A stretch of 63,116 nucleotides of DNA, filler included, from Chiloscyllium plagiosum (Eukaryota), in assembly GCF_004010195.1 (NCBI RefSeq). It is 4 parts of one record of this genome, joined end to end, with 100 filler letters (N's around TTAATTAATTAA, not from the genome) between each part and the next. Parts side by side here need not be neighbours in the genome. Positions count along the whole stretch, not along the records: positions 19,742 to 44,395 come from NC_057713.1; 3 more parts are not named here. One strand, written 5' to 3'. The notes under the pieces were generated by a model. That model had not been told where the DNA came from. It searched no databases and saw nothing but the letters and a program-made list of their open reading frames with translations. The position numbers were made by a program, and so were the translations under genes. Every line of letters begins with the position of its first letter. Position 1 is the first letter of the stretch. Positions 23,945 to 35,672 of the stretch are shown here, piece after piece.

Positions 23945-25545
23945 AAAGAAAGGTAAAAAAGGAAAGGTGGTGGAAATTTGTTTTTCAGACTGGAAGCCAG
24001 TGACCAGCTGTGTTCCATATTAACTGGTGCTGGGTCCACTTTCGTTTGTTATTTTTATAAGTGATTTAGATGAGAATATAAAAGGTATGGTTAGTAAGTT
24101 CGCGGATGACATCAAAATTGGTGGTATAGTGAAGAAGATTATTTAAGGTTACAAAGAAATCTTGATTAATTGGGTCAATGGGCTCAGAAGTGACAAATGG
24201 AGTTTAATTTGAATAAATGCGAGGTATTGCATTTTAGTAAAACCAACAGGAAAGGACTTATACAATTAAAAGTAGGCCTTGGGTAGTGTAGTGGAACAGA
24301 GAGACTAGAGATTCAGGTACATATTTCTTTGAAGTTTACATCACATGTAGACAGGGTGGTTAAGAAATGCTTTCGATGATGCGGTCCTAGCGCCAACTTA
24401 TGGTTCCTGCCATGGGTTTGCGGCAGTGTCTAGGTCCAGCACAGATTCATGGGGGGTTGGTGGAGGCAGGTTTGGGCCCATTATGAGACCCGGGCATCAG
24501 CAGTGACTGCAGTGTCAAGGTGGCTGAAGCTTATTCATGGTAGCAGCGGTCGCGTTTGGGCTGGTGCTATACCTGCTGTTGGTGGGATCTGCATTGGTAA
24601 AGTCCAGCAAGGACTCAGTGGTGAGGGTCTTGGTGCAGGCAAAATGGCATAGAAGAGTGGCAACTTTTGTTCCAGCGGCAGCGGGGCAGCGAAAAGGACT
24701 CATGTCTGGCCATCAGGCACATGGCCCATGGCAGAGCACTTAACAAGAAGGACTATAAACGTCAACATCTTTTCTTTATTTCTTTGTTCTTCTGCCTTTA
24801 TATTCTATGTTTTGGTTTATTTTTCTGTATTTTAAGATGGTGCCGAAGATTGGCTTCACTACACAAAATTTTTCAATGTATTTGTAACAAAATACGCACA
24901 ATAATAAATAAATCAATAAATTAATTCAAATCAAATCATTGCCCAGTCCTTTGAGTACAGGAGTTGAAACGTCATGTTGAGATTGTACAGGACTTTGATG
25001 AAACCTCTTCTGAAGTAGTATATCCAGTTCTTGTCACCCTGTTATGGGAAGGATATTATTAAGCTGGAGACGGTTCAGAAAAGACTTACCAGGATGTTGC
25101 CAGGAATTAAGAGTTTGTGTTAGAAGGAGAGGCTAGATAATTTGGGACTTATTTCACTGCAGTGTAGGAGGTTGAGGGGTGACCTTAAAAAGGGTTTATA
25201 AATTCATGAGGAGTATAGATAAAGTGAATAGCAGATATCCTTTCCCTAGGGTGGGGATTTCAAGACAAGGAGGCATATTTTTAAGGTGAGAGGAGAAAGA
25301 TTTAAAAAAGATATGAGGGCAACTTTTTTTCACAGAGCGTAGAATGATTGTCCAGAGGAATTGGTGGATGTGGGTACACTTACAACATTGAAAAGAGATT
25401 TGGATAACTACATGAATATAAAGTATTTGGAAGGATATAGGCCAGGCTCAGGCAGGTGGGATTAGTTTTACTTGGGAGTATGGTCGGCATGGACTGGTTG
25501 GACAGAAGGGTCTGTATCCATGCTGTTTGACTCTTTGACTCTGTG
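23945..25545 (+). mobile_element. CR1 3' portion (RT to tail), interrupted at about 24372-24935
   Basis: SDWKPVTS...KFADDIKIG, C-terminal motifs and ctctttgactct tail. Confidence 0.85.
24372..24935 (+). mobile_element. Unclassified GC-rich non-autonomous insertion with a (TCAAA)n-like tail
   Basis: Interrupts the CR1; ends in aataaataaatcaataaattaattcaaatcaaatca. Confidence 0.5.
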
Positions 25546-28016
25546 AAAGTGGTTACACTCACTGAATACTTAAAAAAACAAAGAAATCCACATTATTTTC
25601 TGTGAATTTGAAGCTGGTAGACCAATGTCTGGTGATGTTTTGCAATTGGCCAGCCTGGCAGAATTCCTTTTCATAGAAACTATTATGTAGGTGAATTGCA
25701 GTCAAAGGAGCATTGATATAGTTCTTGTAGGCTGGGAAATTAGTTCACTTTTCAGCTAAAATATAGGATCTTTTCCAGAGATCAGATTTTGAGATGCTCA
25801 AGACCAGTGTTCAGCTGTAGCTAAAGTTGAAGCTGTTGTTGTTGATTGAACTGTTTTAAAAATGGACAAAGAAGGTGAAAGAGACACCATTAAAGCTTTA
25901 AAAAAAGCCATGAGTTTCCGTCACGTAACTGGCATTCTGGGACGAATCACTTCAATTAATGAGATGACTTTGATGCACTGGTCAAAATCGATTGAGTTTT
26001 GGAGAGCTGTAGGATTGTTAATGCAATCTCATTCATAAGGAATTACAATAGCTGTACCATTGTTCAGACCTGACTGGTATGGAGGTCTCATCTGTTGTTC
26101 TTTTTATTGGAATATATGTGTGTCATTCCCAATGGATGACATAAGTTTTTGATTCTGAGTCACTGCTGATCAAAACTTTCCAGAAATTGAAATCAGTGGC
26201 AGCCATGTTATCGATCCAGCAAAGTGTCTTTTTTTCCAAATTAGCCAAGAAAATGTAGTTTCGACCAAAGTATCATCTCCCTTCATGCCTTCTAGATACG
26301 ACAGTACTGACCATGCCCAAACAACCTGTGTTTGCAAATTCACAACACTGTGTTAATGTTATTCTCCCCTGAACAGCAATTATTAATTAATCTTGAGTGT
26401 GCTAAGAATTAGGCTGACAACTAATTTAAGATATGTAGTCAGGTCTGGCTGTGTGACACATTTGCATTTACTGGAAGCTAAATATATTAATACACAAGTT
26501 CTTTGTAAGAAGAGAGGACATGTGCACACATTGTGCCTGTTTCACCTGCACAAAATAGGTTGCAGTCATCCCTTGAATCATTCCTCAGGGACTTGACCAG
26601 TTAAATCCATCTATCTGGTTTAAATTTAATAGTACATAAGTTCTGTACTACCAAATAATAATTATAGCATTTATCAATAGTTTTCTGGTAAACTGCAAAA
26701 ATGTCTGGATGTTTCCATGAATGAAAATTAAACATCTTTGGTTACTTAGTTTATACACTCGTTTTTTTTTCTGTTTTCCGCCTGAAACAAGATTACTGTG
26801 TACTTCCTTGTAACTCATTACTAATTCTGTATTAAACAGATTAATATTAAAATGAAATATTTTTCCTCCTTGTTGTTATGCTTACAAACTGAAAAATTGG
26901 TTTCAACTGGCAATTATATAATGTTTTACTCTAAGGCAATGGAGCAGAATTATATAATTATCTTCAAAGCTGATATCATTCGTGTGTTTTTTTTAACGTC
27001 TACGCACAAGTGCATCATATTAAGGGGAAAGGCAGTCCCTGCATCTATTTTAACTTGAGAAATACAAGGGGAATTATTTGATTTCCTGGAATTATACAAA
27101 TCAAAAGTATAACACAAAGCATTCAGGCAAAGAGATACATCAATATTAATGCATGGAAGAGGAGATTTACACTTGGATTTTATACCCTCACAGCACTCCC
27201 CACTCTCCCAATCAGGGCATGTTTTCAATGGGGGAAAGTCCTTGAAATATATTTGATAGCAAGCCACCACTTTCCTGCCCAAACTGACTCATCCCCCATA
27301 ATGAGAAGTTGGTAAGGTATTCTCCCAGCTTTTGGCCAATTGAGGGTCTTAAGCAGGGAAGTATTTCCTATTCAAGCCCCTCAATCCACCTCCATGGAAT
27401 GTAACTCTGAGCACTGGCAGACAGGCAAGAGTCAAAACTATTTTTTGGGCATATCATCCTGGTCATATTGAGGACACTGTTCCCAAAAATCATACCCACT
27501 TTGTTTCTTCTAACCTAGCCTCTAAAACCCCTCTCTGAACCACCCCAGTGTGGTTCCTGCATGAAATGCCCAGGACTTGAGTCCAGATGCCACGATGATC
27601 TCTGTGTGCCTGCTTACTGCCTCCCACAGTGCTGACTAATCAGTTCAATCTAATTGGTTGGATGGTCTCAAGAGTGGGTATTCCTGTTCACTGAATTGCA
27701 GAAGTTCCATATTTTGATGCAGGAGGGCTTATAATAGTCAGCTGGTTTGAAATAAACTTGTCTTCAGGGAGTGGAAGGCAGTGTGATGAGCAATATGCCT
27801 TCCCACTCTCTTATCTCAGTTAATCCAGTCCTTAATTACAAACATTGGTGCATACTTATTATGAATTGGTTCAGTGCCATTTTTTGTCTTTTGGCTTTTA
27901 ATTACTGATTCCATGTGGATTCATCTTCTAAAACTCTTGAAACTAAAGCAGTCGCTATCTATATACACATGATAATACCTAGGATTCGGCTGAAAAGTTT
28001 CAAGTTTTTGTTTTTT

Positions 28017-28367
28017 AGTCATTCACAAGATATGGATGTCACTGGCTAGGCAGCATTTATTGTCTATCCCTAATTTCCCACAGGGCAGGTAAGAGTCAAC
28101 CACATTGCTGTGGGTCTGGAGTCCCATGTAAACAGACCAAGTAAGGATGGCAGTTTCCTTCCTTAAAGAATGTTAGTGAATCAGATGGGTTTTTCACAAT
28201 GATCAGCAATGGATTCACGGTCATCATTTGACTCTTAATTCCAGTCTTTTTTAATTGAATTCAAATTTCACCATCTGCTGTGGTGGGATTCAAACCTGAG
28301 TCCTCAGAATATTACCTGGGTCTATGGATTAACAATTCAGCAATAATACCACTCCACCATTGCTGGG
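28017..28367 (-). mobile_element. tRNA-headed SINE sharing its 3' tail with the second LINE family; other copies near 41200-41470(-) and 57480-57650(+)
   Basis: Reverse strand has a B-box-like GGTTTGAATCCC and the tail GGGATAGACAATAAATGCTG similar to the 6065-6692 tail. Confidence 0.7.
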
Positions 28368-28369
28368 CA

Positions 28370-29065
28370 ATCACCATCTCAAACCAAATAAAATCTAATC
28401 ATCACACCGTGATATTCTCTGGAATTCTCTGGATATTCACTGAATTCTCCAATATCAACATTCTGGGGCTTACCTTTAGCGAGAAACTGAGTTGGACCGG
28501 TGATATAAATTTTGAGACTGAAAGACCACATCAGAAGCTCGGAAGACTACAGTGAGCAATTCACCCAAAGCCTCTTCACCACAATCAGGAGTGTGATGGA
28601 ATATTCTGCATTTGCCTAAATGAGTGCAACTTCAACCACAGTCAAGAAGTTTGACACCATTAAGGACAAAGCAGCCTGTTTGATTGGCACCCCACCCATC
28701 AAATACACTCTTTTGAATGACAATGTCAGTGGTTTCTATTATAACTGCTATAACCATCCAAGGTTCATTCGGCGGCCTTCTAAATCCATGACCTCTACCA
28801 TCTATAAGGGCAAAGGCAGCACCTGCATGGGAACACCACGTGCAAGTTCCTCTCCAAGTCACAAACTATCCTGACTTGAAACTATATGAATGTTCCTTCT
28901 TTGTGTAAAAATTCTGGAACTCACTTCCTTAACAGCACTGTGGGCATTCCAACATGCCAACAACCATAGCAATTCAAAAGGCCATGCCATTAGCACCTTC
29001 TCCAGGGCAATTAGAATGGAAATATATGCAGAGCTAGCCAGCAAAACTTACATTTCTTGAAAGAC
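28370..29065 (+). mobile_element. 3' end of the second LINE family
   Basis: INILGLTFSEKLSW...KKFDTIKDKAACLIG; tail as in 6065-6692. Confidence 0.7.
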
Positions 29066-29127
29066 CTTTTAAAATGCCATTTGAGTCATTGATCATAAGT
29101 TACTTCGAAAATACGCAATTAGAAGCT

Positions 29128-29340
29128 AAATATTGCAGATGCTGAAAATCTGAAAGAATCACAGAAAATGCTAGAGAAACTCAACAGGTCAGGCAGCATC
29201 TGGGAGAAAGAAATGGAATTAATGTTTTTGACTCCAGCATGATTCTGAAGACCACACTGGACTCAAAATGTCAATCCTGATTCTCTCTCCACGAATATGG
29301 CCAGAACTGTTGCATTTCTCCAGGACTTTCTGTTTGTTTT
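29128..29340. mobile_element. Old, diverged fold-back pair of family-3 Penelope-derived elements
   Basis: Minus copy at about 29128-29240 abuts a plus copy at about 29243-29340 beginning ttctgaaga. Confidence 0.55.
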
Positions 29341-29769
29341 TTTGACTTAGAAGATGCATACTTCCTCACAATTTCCTCACAATGGAGAAATTTCTCTGAT
29401 CAGTTTGACAGATGCACCATTACACAATACATACTTTCTTAGGGTAAGGTAAATCTGTACTCCAAAACATTATAATGAGAAGAAGGTACATAAAGATCAC
29501 AATGTATGATTAACTCACATTTGTTAAATGGAGTGCTGGTAGCTTGCCAACTTTGTGCTGTCTGTTCATAATGATTTCTGAGAGAAGCAGGCAATTCCTG
29601 CACTGTTCATTGGCTGCTCACATCAACAGGGAACCATTAAAAGAGGACCAATATTGGCTAAAACTAGACTGCACTACTGAAAACAAACCTGCACTCTTAA
29701 AAGGGCAGTAAACTGTGATTGCAGAAGTTCCTGGGCATCATCCTTCAAGTATTCTAGACTGGGAAAAGC

Positions 29770-30400
29770 TGGAAAATGGCCGACCATGATGGTAAGAAGA
29801 TCGTGAAGAGTCAATGGAAGGTGAGATGTCCTATCCCCTGCTGGCTTCAAGTCCTTTTTTATATCTTCATAAGGCAAGAGATATCAGAAGAGATCAAGAT
29901 CATGAATACAACACCAAGAATGAAGATGCAATGCAATAGAAGATTTAATGATCTCTCACAAGAGGCAAAGATCAGCAAATGTATCTTTTAGGCTATATTC
30001 AACAAACTGCACCACAAAGCTCAGTCAGTGCTCCATTCACCATTCATTACTCAATGATCAACAATATCTACCACTTCAGACTCTACATTAACATTCATAT
30101 GATTCAAGTTGACCTAACTCACTTAGCACTGTTGCAAGCTCAAACTCAAATTTCACATTTTGGATACACTCATAGTTGTTCAACAATGACAACCACACTA
30201 CTTAAAGAAGTTGTGTAATGCTTACTGATATATTTTGCTCTCTCATGCAGCAGAGACATGACAAGAAACTGGAGACAGCAAGATGTACCTAAAGGAGTAG
30301 AAGCACACCTGTACGTACTAATGCCCATAGAGGTGAAGGTGCTAGCCATCTGTGATAACTGCTGCAAGACCCATGGGGACTTAATGATTAAGCTCCATGT
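29770..30400 (+). pseudogene. Relic of a Myb/SANT-like DNA-binding gene (PIF/Harbinger or NAIF1/MSANTD type), two exon remnants
   Basis: RVNGR*DVLSP, then QEISEEIKIMNTTPRMKMQCNRRFNDLSQEAK (to 29970); after an acceptor ttttgctctctcatgcag (30250) comes RNWRQQDVPKGVEAHLYVLMPIEVKVLAI, resembling RE..RTGGG...LTP.E..VL.I. Confidence 0.55.
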
Positions 30401-30409
30401 GGAGCTTGT

Positions 30410-30950
30410 TGATTATGAGTTCCTTTGGTATCAGTCAATGGCTTGAACTCATCACCTGAGCCTTTCATGAAGCAATCACGGATTCCCGGCCCAACTGTTT
30501 ATTTTGTGGTGCTGTGGAGTTTGTGGACCATGTACTTATTGGTTGTGGGCATTTGCACCCCCTTTTTTATTTTTTGGAAAACTTTCTATTTTTGGTTGCA
30601 CTTCAAACCTACATTCCTTATCTTTGGCCATCCATTGTGGAGATGTGTGGGTCGATTGGAGGAACTCCTCATGAGTCTGCTCCTGACCCTGGCCAGACTG
30701 GCAATATGGAGGGTGTCATTTCTGTTGAACGCCTGTCCTTCTTCCATGATTACACTTCAACACTTCGTGACATTGGAGAGGGAACAAACAGTGCCTAATA
30801 ATGCTTTTGATGTCTTTAGGGAGAGGTGAGCTCTACGGTGGATAAAGTGCTTTATTTTCCCCTCTAATTCCATTTTTATTTAGTTCCCTCCTTCTCTCCC
30901 TATCTGTTCTCCTCACTTTTTAAATGACATCATTGCCCTTGGTTGTTTAG
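30410..30950 (+). mobile_element. Tx1-type (L1 superfamily) LINE C-terminal fragment
   Basis: CLFCGAVEFVDHVLIGCGHLHPLF zinc-knuckle-like segment, then LLIFGHP-like and LLLTLARLAI motifs. Confidence 0.65.
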
Positions 30951-32929
30951 AAAAATAGGTTAAATTTTTACAAAAGCAGACCCAAAAGTCACTCAGTTGT
31001 GCATAATAACACTTCAAAGTATAAAGCAAAAGAAAAAAGCAAGTAAAAGGAAAACAAAATTAAAAAAACACAGACTCAAAGAGCTCATAGTATCATTACA
31101 CTACCTTGAGCCAGGAGGCCTGGGCTCAAGTTCCACCTGTTCCAGAAGTGTGTAATAATATCACTAATAATTTGATTAGAAATTAGGGTAAAAGTAAATA
31201 AGATAGACACATTTCAACTCCAATTTGATTTAGCACATTCCCTACCTCCTTTTGATGATTTGCATTGCCATAATGCTCTTTGTACGTAAATATTTAAAAG
31301 GCTGCACCTGTACATCACTGGACACTATGGGGCAACTTAGCATGGCTAATCCACCTATCTACACATCAATATCATTCTTGCCCTGCTCTGTGTTTGGAGA
31401 TGAGGCTGCACTCAGTTAGAGATTTCAGAAATATCTTTTGTTGCAAATCGTCAGTCTAGGCTGATGCTCAGTGAGAATAATTGCTTCCTAAACACCTTTC
31501 ATGAATATGACCTCTTGTTGAGACCTTTTTTGCCTCTCTTACTCTTCTTTTAGCTGCGTGCTGTGATCTATGTTCACTCCTGATTACACCTTCTCACTTA
31601 CAAGAAAACAGCCTTTAGTCTATTCAAATATGGAAACAACAGGCTTGCATAACATCCCAAATATTGGTGAAACATGCTTCAACACTTCTGTACTTGATTG
31701 AAATGTCAGCTAACTATAGAAGTACTCAAACCTTATAGATTGTAACAACAGACAGAAAAAAATCAACCAGTCTGTAAGTAGTTGATGATCTTTTAAATAG
31801 CACAGGATGGGGATCTTTCATGATGCTAAATATCATGCTCAGCTGTCAGTTCCTCAAGAACAGCATAAGCTGGAGCATGGACGGCCAAAATGGTTGCACT
31901 GAAGTTTAATCAACAATGAATGCTGTTTAGCATTCTGATCTGAATGTTCAACATGGAACAAATGTCAGGAATGTACTTGTTTGTTCGATTCCCAAAATAG
32001 TGGACATTGGATCAGAATTATGCTCACAAGCTAGAAAATATTTTGGAATCCTGAAACTCCAATCTTTATGCATCAATATTTTCCACTGGCTTAGGGAGAC
32101 TTATATTCACCTGCATCTTCATTATGAAAATTCATTTTGGGCTTCACAGCATTTAAACTTTAATGTTAAGGCTCAAATGTTGAACCTCATAAACACAAAC
32201 ATATTTCTAAACTCATTTTATCCCTTTAATGTTTTCTTACATTTTGTAACCATGGTGCATCAATTTATTTCATATTTTGTGTCTGTCACTGCCAAAGCTT
32301 CAAATAAGTGGGCTTGAAACAGCAGGAGATAGATTGTTTGCAAAAAATAAAAATCAGAGGTCTGAGGTACAAGGGTTCATGGAAACCATTTAGGACAAGC
32401 TGTGTTGGTTGAGCAATACATTTTAAACTGCTTTGAGCTGCATATCATATTCATTACACTAGCAGTGAAAATTCCATCTGAAATTTTAGCATCTATAGGT
32501 ACCTTGTTACAATTATTTTGTTTTAATTTTTGCTTGCTTAAAAATGCATTTCTTTTATCTTGAGTTTAATACAGAGGAAGAAACTGTACTTCAATTGGCA
32601 CTAATTGGCAAAAACCAATCCATAGGGTGTAATTGATTTGCAATTTTTATGAAGGATTTTAATATAATAAACAATGCCAAAGAAAGAGCAATAATTTTAT
32701 ATGACGTGTAGGACATGTTTATAAAAGCTTTTGAGACATTCCCGGTGTGTTAATGGCAGCAGAGAATATACTAGTGTATGTGTATCTGGGTGAATGGCAG
32801 CAATGGATGCACCACACGGTGTGCGTTTGTGTGTGACAGTCACAAACTTTCACATGGATGCTCAAACACAGGGCCTTATTGAATGCATTAAATGTATCAT
32901 CAGTTATTATTAGTTTTATCAGAACACAG

Positions 32930-33440
32930 TCTCTGCAGTATCATAGTCCCATGTACTGATCCAGGCTCTAAGCTCATCTACCTTATCTATAATACTCCCT
33001 GTGTTGAAATAAGTACACTTCAGCTCATTAGTGCCATCAATTATCTGTCTCTGGCTGTCCTTCTTTCTGATTTACTGGTCCTAACATGTTCCTTCACGTC
33101 AGTCCCTCCACTTGCTGACCAGTTCCCAGGCCCCTGCCACTCTCATTTAAACCCTCTCGAGTAGCACTGGTAAACCTCCTTGCAAGGATATTCGTTCACC
33201 TCCACTTTAGGTGCTAGTCGTTCCTCTTGTACAGGTCACTCCTGCCCCAGAAGATGTCCCAATGATCCAAGAACCTGAAACCCTGCCCCCTGCACCAGCT
33301 CCTCAGCCATACATTCCTCTGTCCTATCTTTCTACTCCTTGCCTTAGTAGCCTTGGTAGTATGCCAGAGAATACTACCCTCGAAGTCCTCCTCTTCAGCC
33401 TCTTTCCGAACTCCCCATACTCACTCCACAGGATCTCATC
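32930..33440 (-). mobile_element. CR1 ORF1-esterase / EN-start fragment
   Basis: Reverse strand DHWDIFWGRSDLYKR, homologous to 43980-44040. Confidence 0.7.
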
Positions 33441-34575
33441 TACTGCTACAATACACACACATGTATCCATTGCTGCCATTCACCCACATACACATACACT
33501 AGTATATCGTCTGCTGCCATTAACACACAGTGGTGTATCCACTGCTGCCCAATCTTTCTCTCACACACAGTGGTTATCCATTGCTGCCCATTCTCTCTCA
33601 CACACACAGTGGTTATCCATTACTGCCCATTCTCTCTCTCAAACACAGTGGTGTATTTACTGCTGCCCATTCTCTCTCTCACACACAGTGGTGTATTTAC
33701 CGCTGCCCATTCTCTCTCACACACACAGTGGTGTATCCACTACTGCCCATTCTCTCTCACACACACATAGTGGTGTATCCATTGCTGCCCATTCCCTCTC
33801 TCTCACACACAATAGTGTATTCACTGCTGCCCATTCTCTCTCACACACACAGTGGTGTATTCACTGCTGCCCATTCTCAAACACACACAGTGGTGTATCC
33901 ATTGCTGCCCATTCCCTCTCTCTCACACACAATAGTGTATTCACTGCTGCCCATTCTCTCTCACACACACAGTGTGTATTCACTGCTGCCCATTCTCAAA
34001 CACACACAGTGGTGCATCCACTGCTACCCATTCCCTCTCTCTCACACACAATTGTGTATTCACTGCTGCCCATTCTCTCTCACACACACACAGTGGTGCA
34101 TCCACTGCTACCCATTCCCTCTCTCACACACACAATAGTGTATTCACTGCTGCCCATTCTCTCTCACACACACACAGTGGTGTATCCACTGCTACCCATT
34201 CCCTCTCTCTCACACACACAGTGGTGTATCCACTGCTACCCATTCCCTCTCTCTCACACACAATTGTGTATTCACTGCTGCCCATTCTCTCTCACACACA
34301 CACAGTGGTGCATCCACTGCTACCCATTCCCTCTCTCTCACACACACAGTGGTGTATTCACTGCTGCCCATTCTCAAACACACACAGTGGTGTATCCATT
34401 GCTGCCCATTCCCCCTCTCTCACACACAATAGTGTATTCACTGCTGCCCATTCTCTCTCACACACACAGTGGTGTATCCACTGCTACCCATTCCCTCTCT
34501 CTCACACACACAGTGGTGTATCCACTGCTACCCATTCCCTCTCTCACACACAGTGGTGTATCCACTGCTGCCCAT

Positions 34576-34615
<40 letters not shown>

Positions 34616-34855
34616 TGGTGTATTCTCTGCTGCTATTCACACACACAGTGGTGTATTCTCTGCTGCTATTCACACACACTGTGATGAATCCACTACTCTC
34701 ATTCACACACACACACACATAGTTTGGTGTATTCATTGCTGCCCATTCTCTCTCACACACACAGGTGTATCCACTGCTGAGCCACATTCATACACACAAA
34801 CTGTACACAGTGGTATACCCACTGCTGCCCATTCTCTCACACACACACAGTGATG
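33440..34855. repeat. Minisatellite with a 38-42-bp unit (CACACAGTGGTGTAT[C/T]CACTGCTGCCCATTC[T/C]CTCTCT) and a 120-bp higher-order repeat
   Basis: Roughly 35 units; the three-unit block 33771-33890 recurs immediately at 33891. Confidence 0.95.
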
Positions 34856-35102
34856 TGTGCACTCTGCCGTGTACCCGGGAAGCGCGTGCCGTCTGCAGGA
34901 ATCCGGGAGCTCACAGCTGGAGGATGCGCTGATTAACTTGCACTCAGCTGCACGACGCAGCGACTCGGCATTTCTTATCCATTCCTTTCCCCTACTCTGT
35001 GTCGACATGAAGAGGAAAGTAATAAACATTTAAAAGAGGCAGAAAAACATCATACAAACAAACATTCTTAATCGGATCGTGAAAGGAAAACTGAAGTGAA
35101 CG

Positions 35103-35150
35103 ATGTGTGAAAAACCCCGTTGCGGCAGAGCTTTACCGATTATATATTTG
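35103..35150 (+). CDS. Candidate first coding exon (MCEKPRCGRALPIIYL, phase 0)
   Basis: aacgATG start, 16 codons, then GTGAGT donor at 35151; no homology recognised. Confidence 0.35.
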
Positions 35151-35542
35151 GTGAGTGTATCTGGTTATATTTTTAAATAATATGCTTAAAACGTGTTAAT
35201 GACCTTCATAAACTCTCGCTCTCAGGTGATATATTCATATTATTCGGTAAAAAACGCAACGTCTTATAAGTTTCAGCCTGTGGCGACTGGCTGGCCATTT
35301 ATATACGAGTGTATGTGACTAACCTGACTGGAGGACTTCAGTTTATTTTTTGTTCTCTATTGAGCCAAGCATTCTTATGTTTTATTGCAGCAAAAGCACC
35401 GGGTGGGCTTTGCAGTCCACTGCAGCGGGAATTTATGTCAATCCGGGTTCCTCTTCAGCCTGTTGCGGTGCAGATTTTAATCAAACGCGGTCGGTGATGT
35501 AATGCTAGCGGGAATGCGCCTAGGCCAGCTCTGCTTGCTCAG

Positions 35543-35672
35543 TGTCACACAGGGAAACTGGAACATGCCGAGGTCTACTGGAAGCCTGCTGACATCCAGC
35601 CCCAAACTAGTCTAGATTTTGAACCGTGCGTTTTGGAGATTGACCCAGTGCTTAGATATGCCTGGTTAGAAG
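35543..35672 (+). CDS. Candidate internal exon (CHTGKLEHAEVYWKPADIQPQTSLDFEPCVLEIDPVLRYAWLE, phase 0 to 1)
   Basis: Acceptor ctctgcttgctcag, 43 open codons + 1 nt, donor AAG|GTCAGC; phases compatible with both neighbouring exons. Confidence 0.25.

Noticed and set aside
25862..26038. 58-codon ATG ORF (MDKEGERDTIKALKKAMSF...)
   Set aside because: No recognisable homology or convincing splice signals; the length is compatible with chance
32592..32610. CAATTGGCACTAATTGGCA, reminiscent of an LF-SINE core motif as I recall it
   Set aside because: Only 19 bp with no flanking similarity recognised, and it cannot be verified without a search
33211..34853. Long ORFs (503, 293 and 202 aa) rich in His/Thr/Ser/Cys
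   Set aside because: They are translations of a stop-free minisatellite, open in several frames at once and fused to antisense CR1 sequence; there is no evidence of a real gene
33440..34855. CRISPR-like regularly spaced repeats
   Set aside because: The spacers are CA/CT microsatellite rather than unique sequence, the context is eukaryotic, and there are no cas genes
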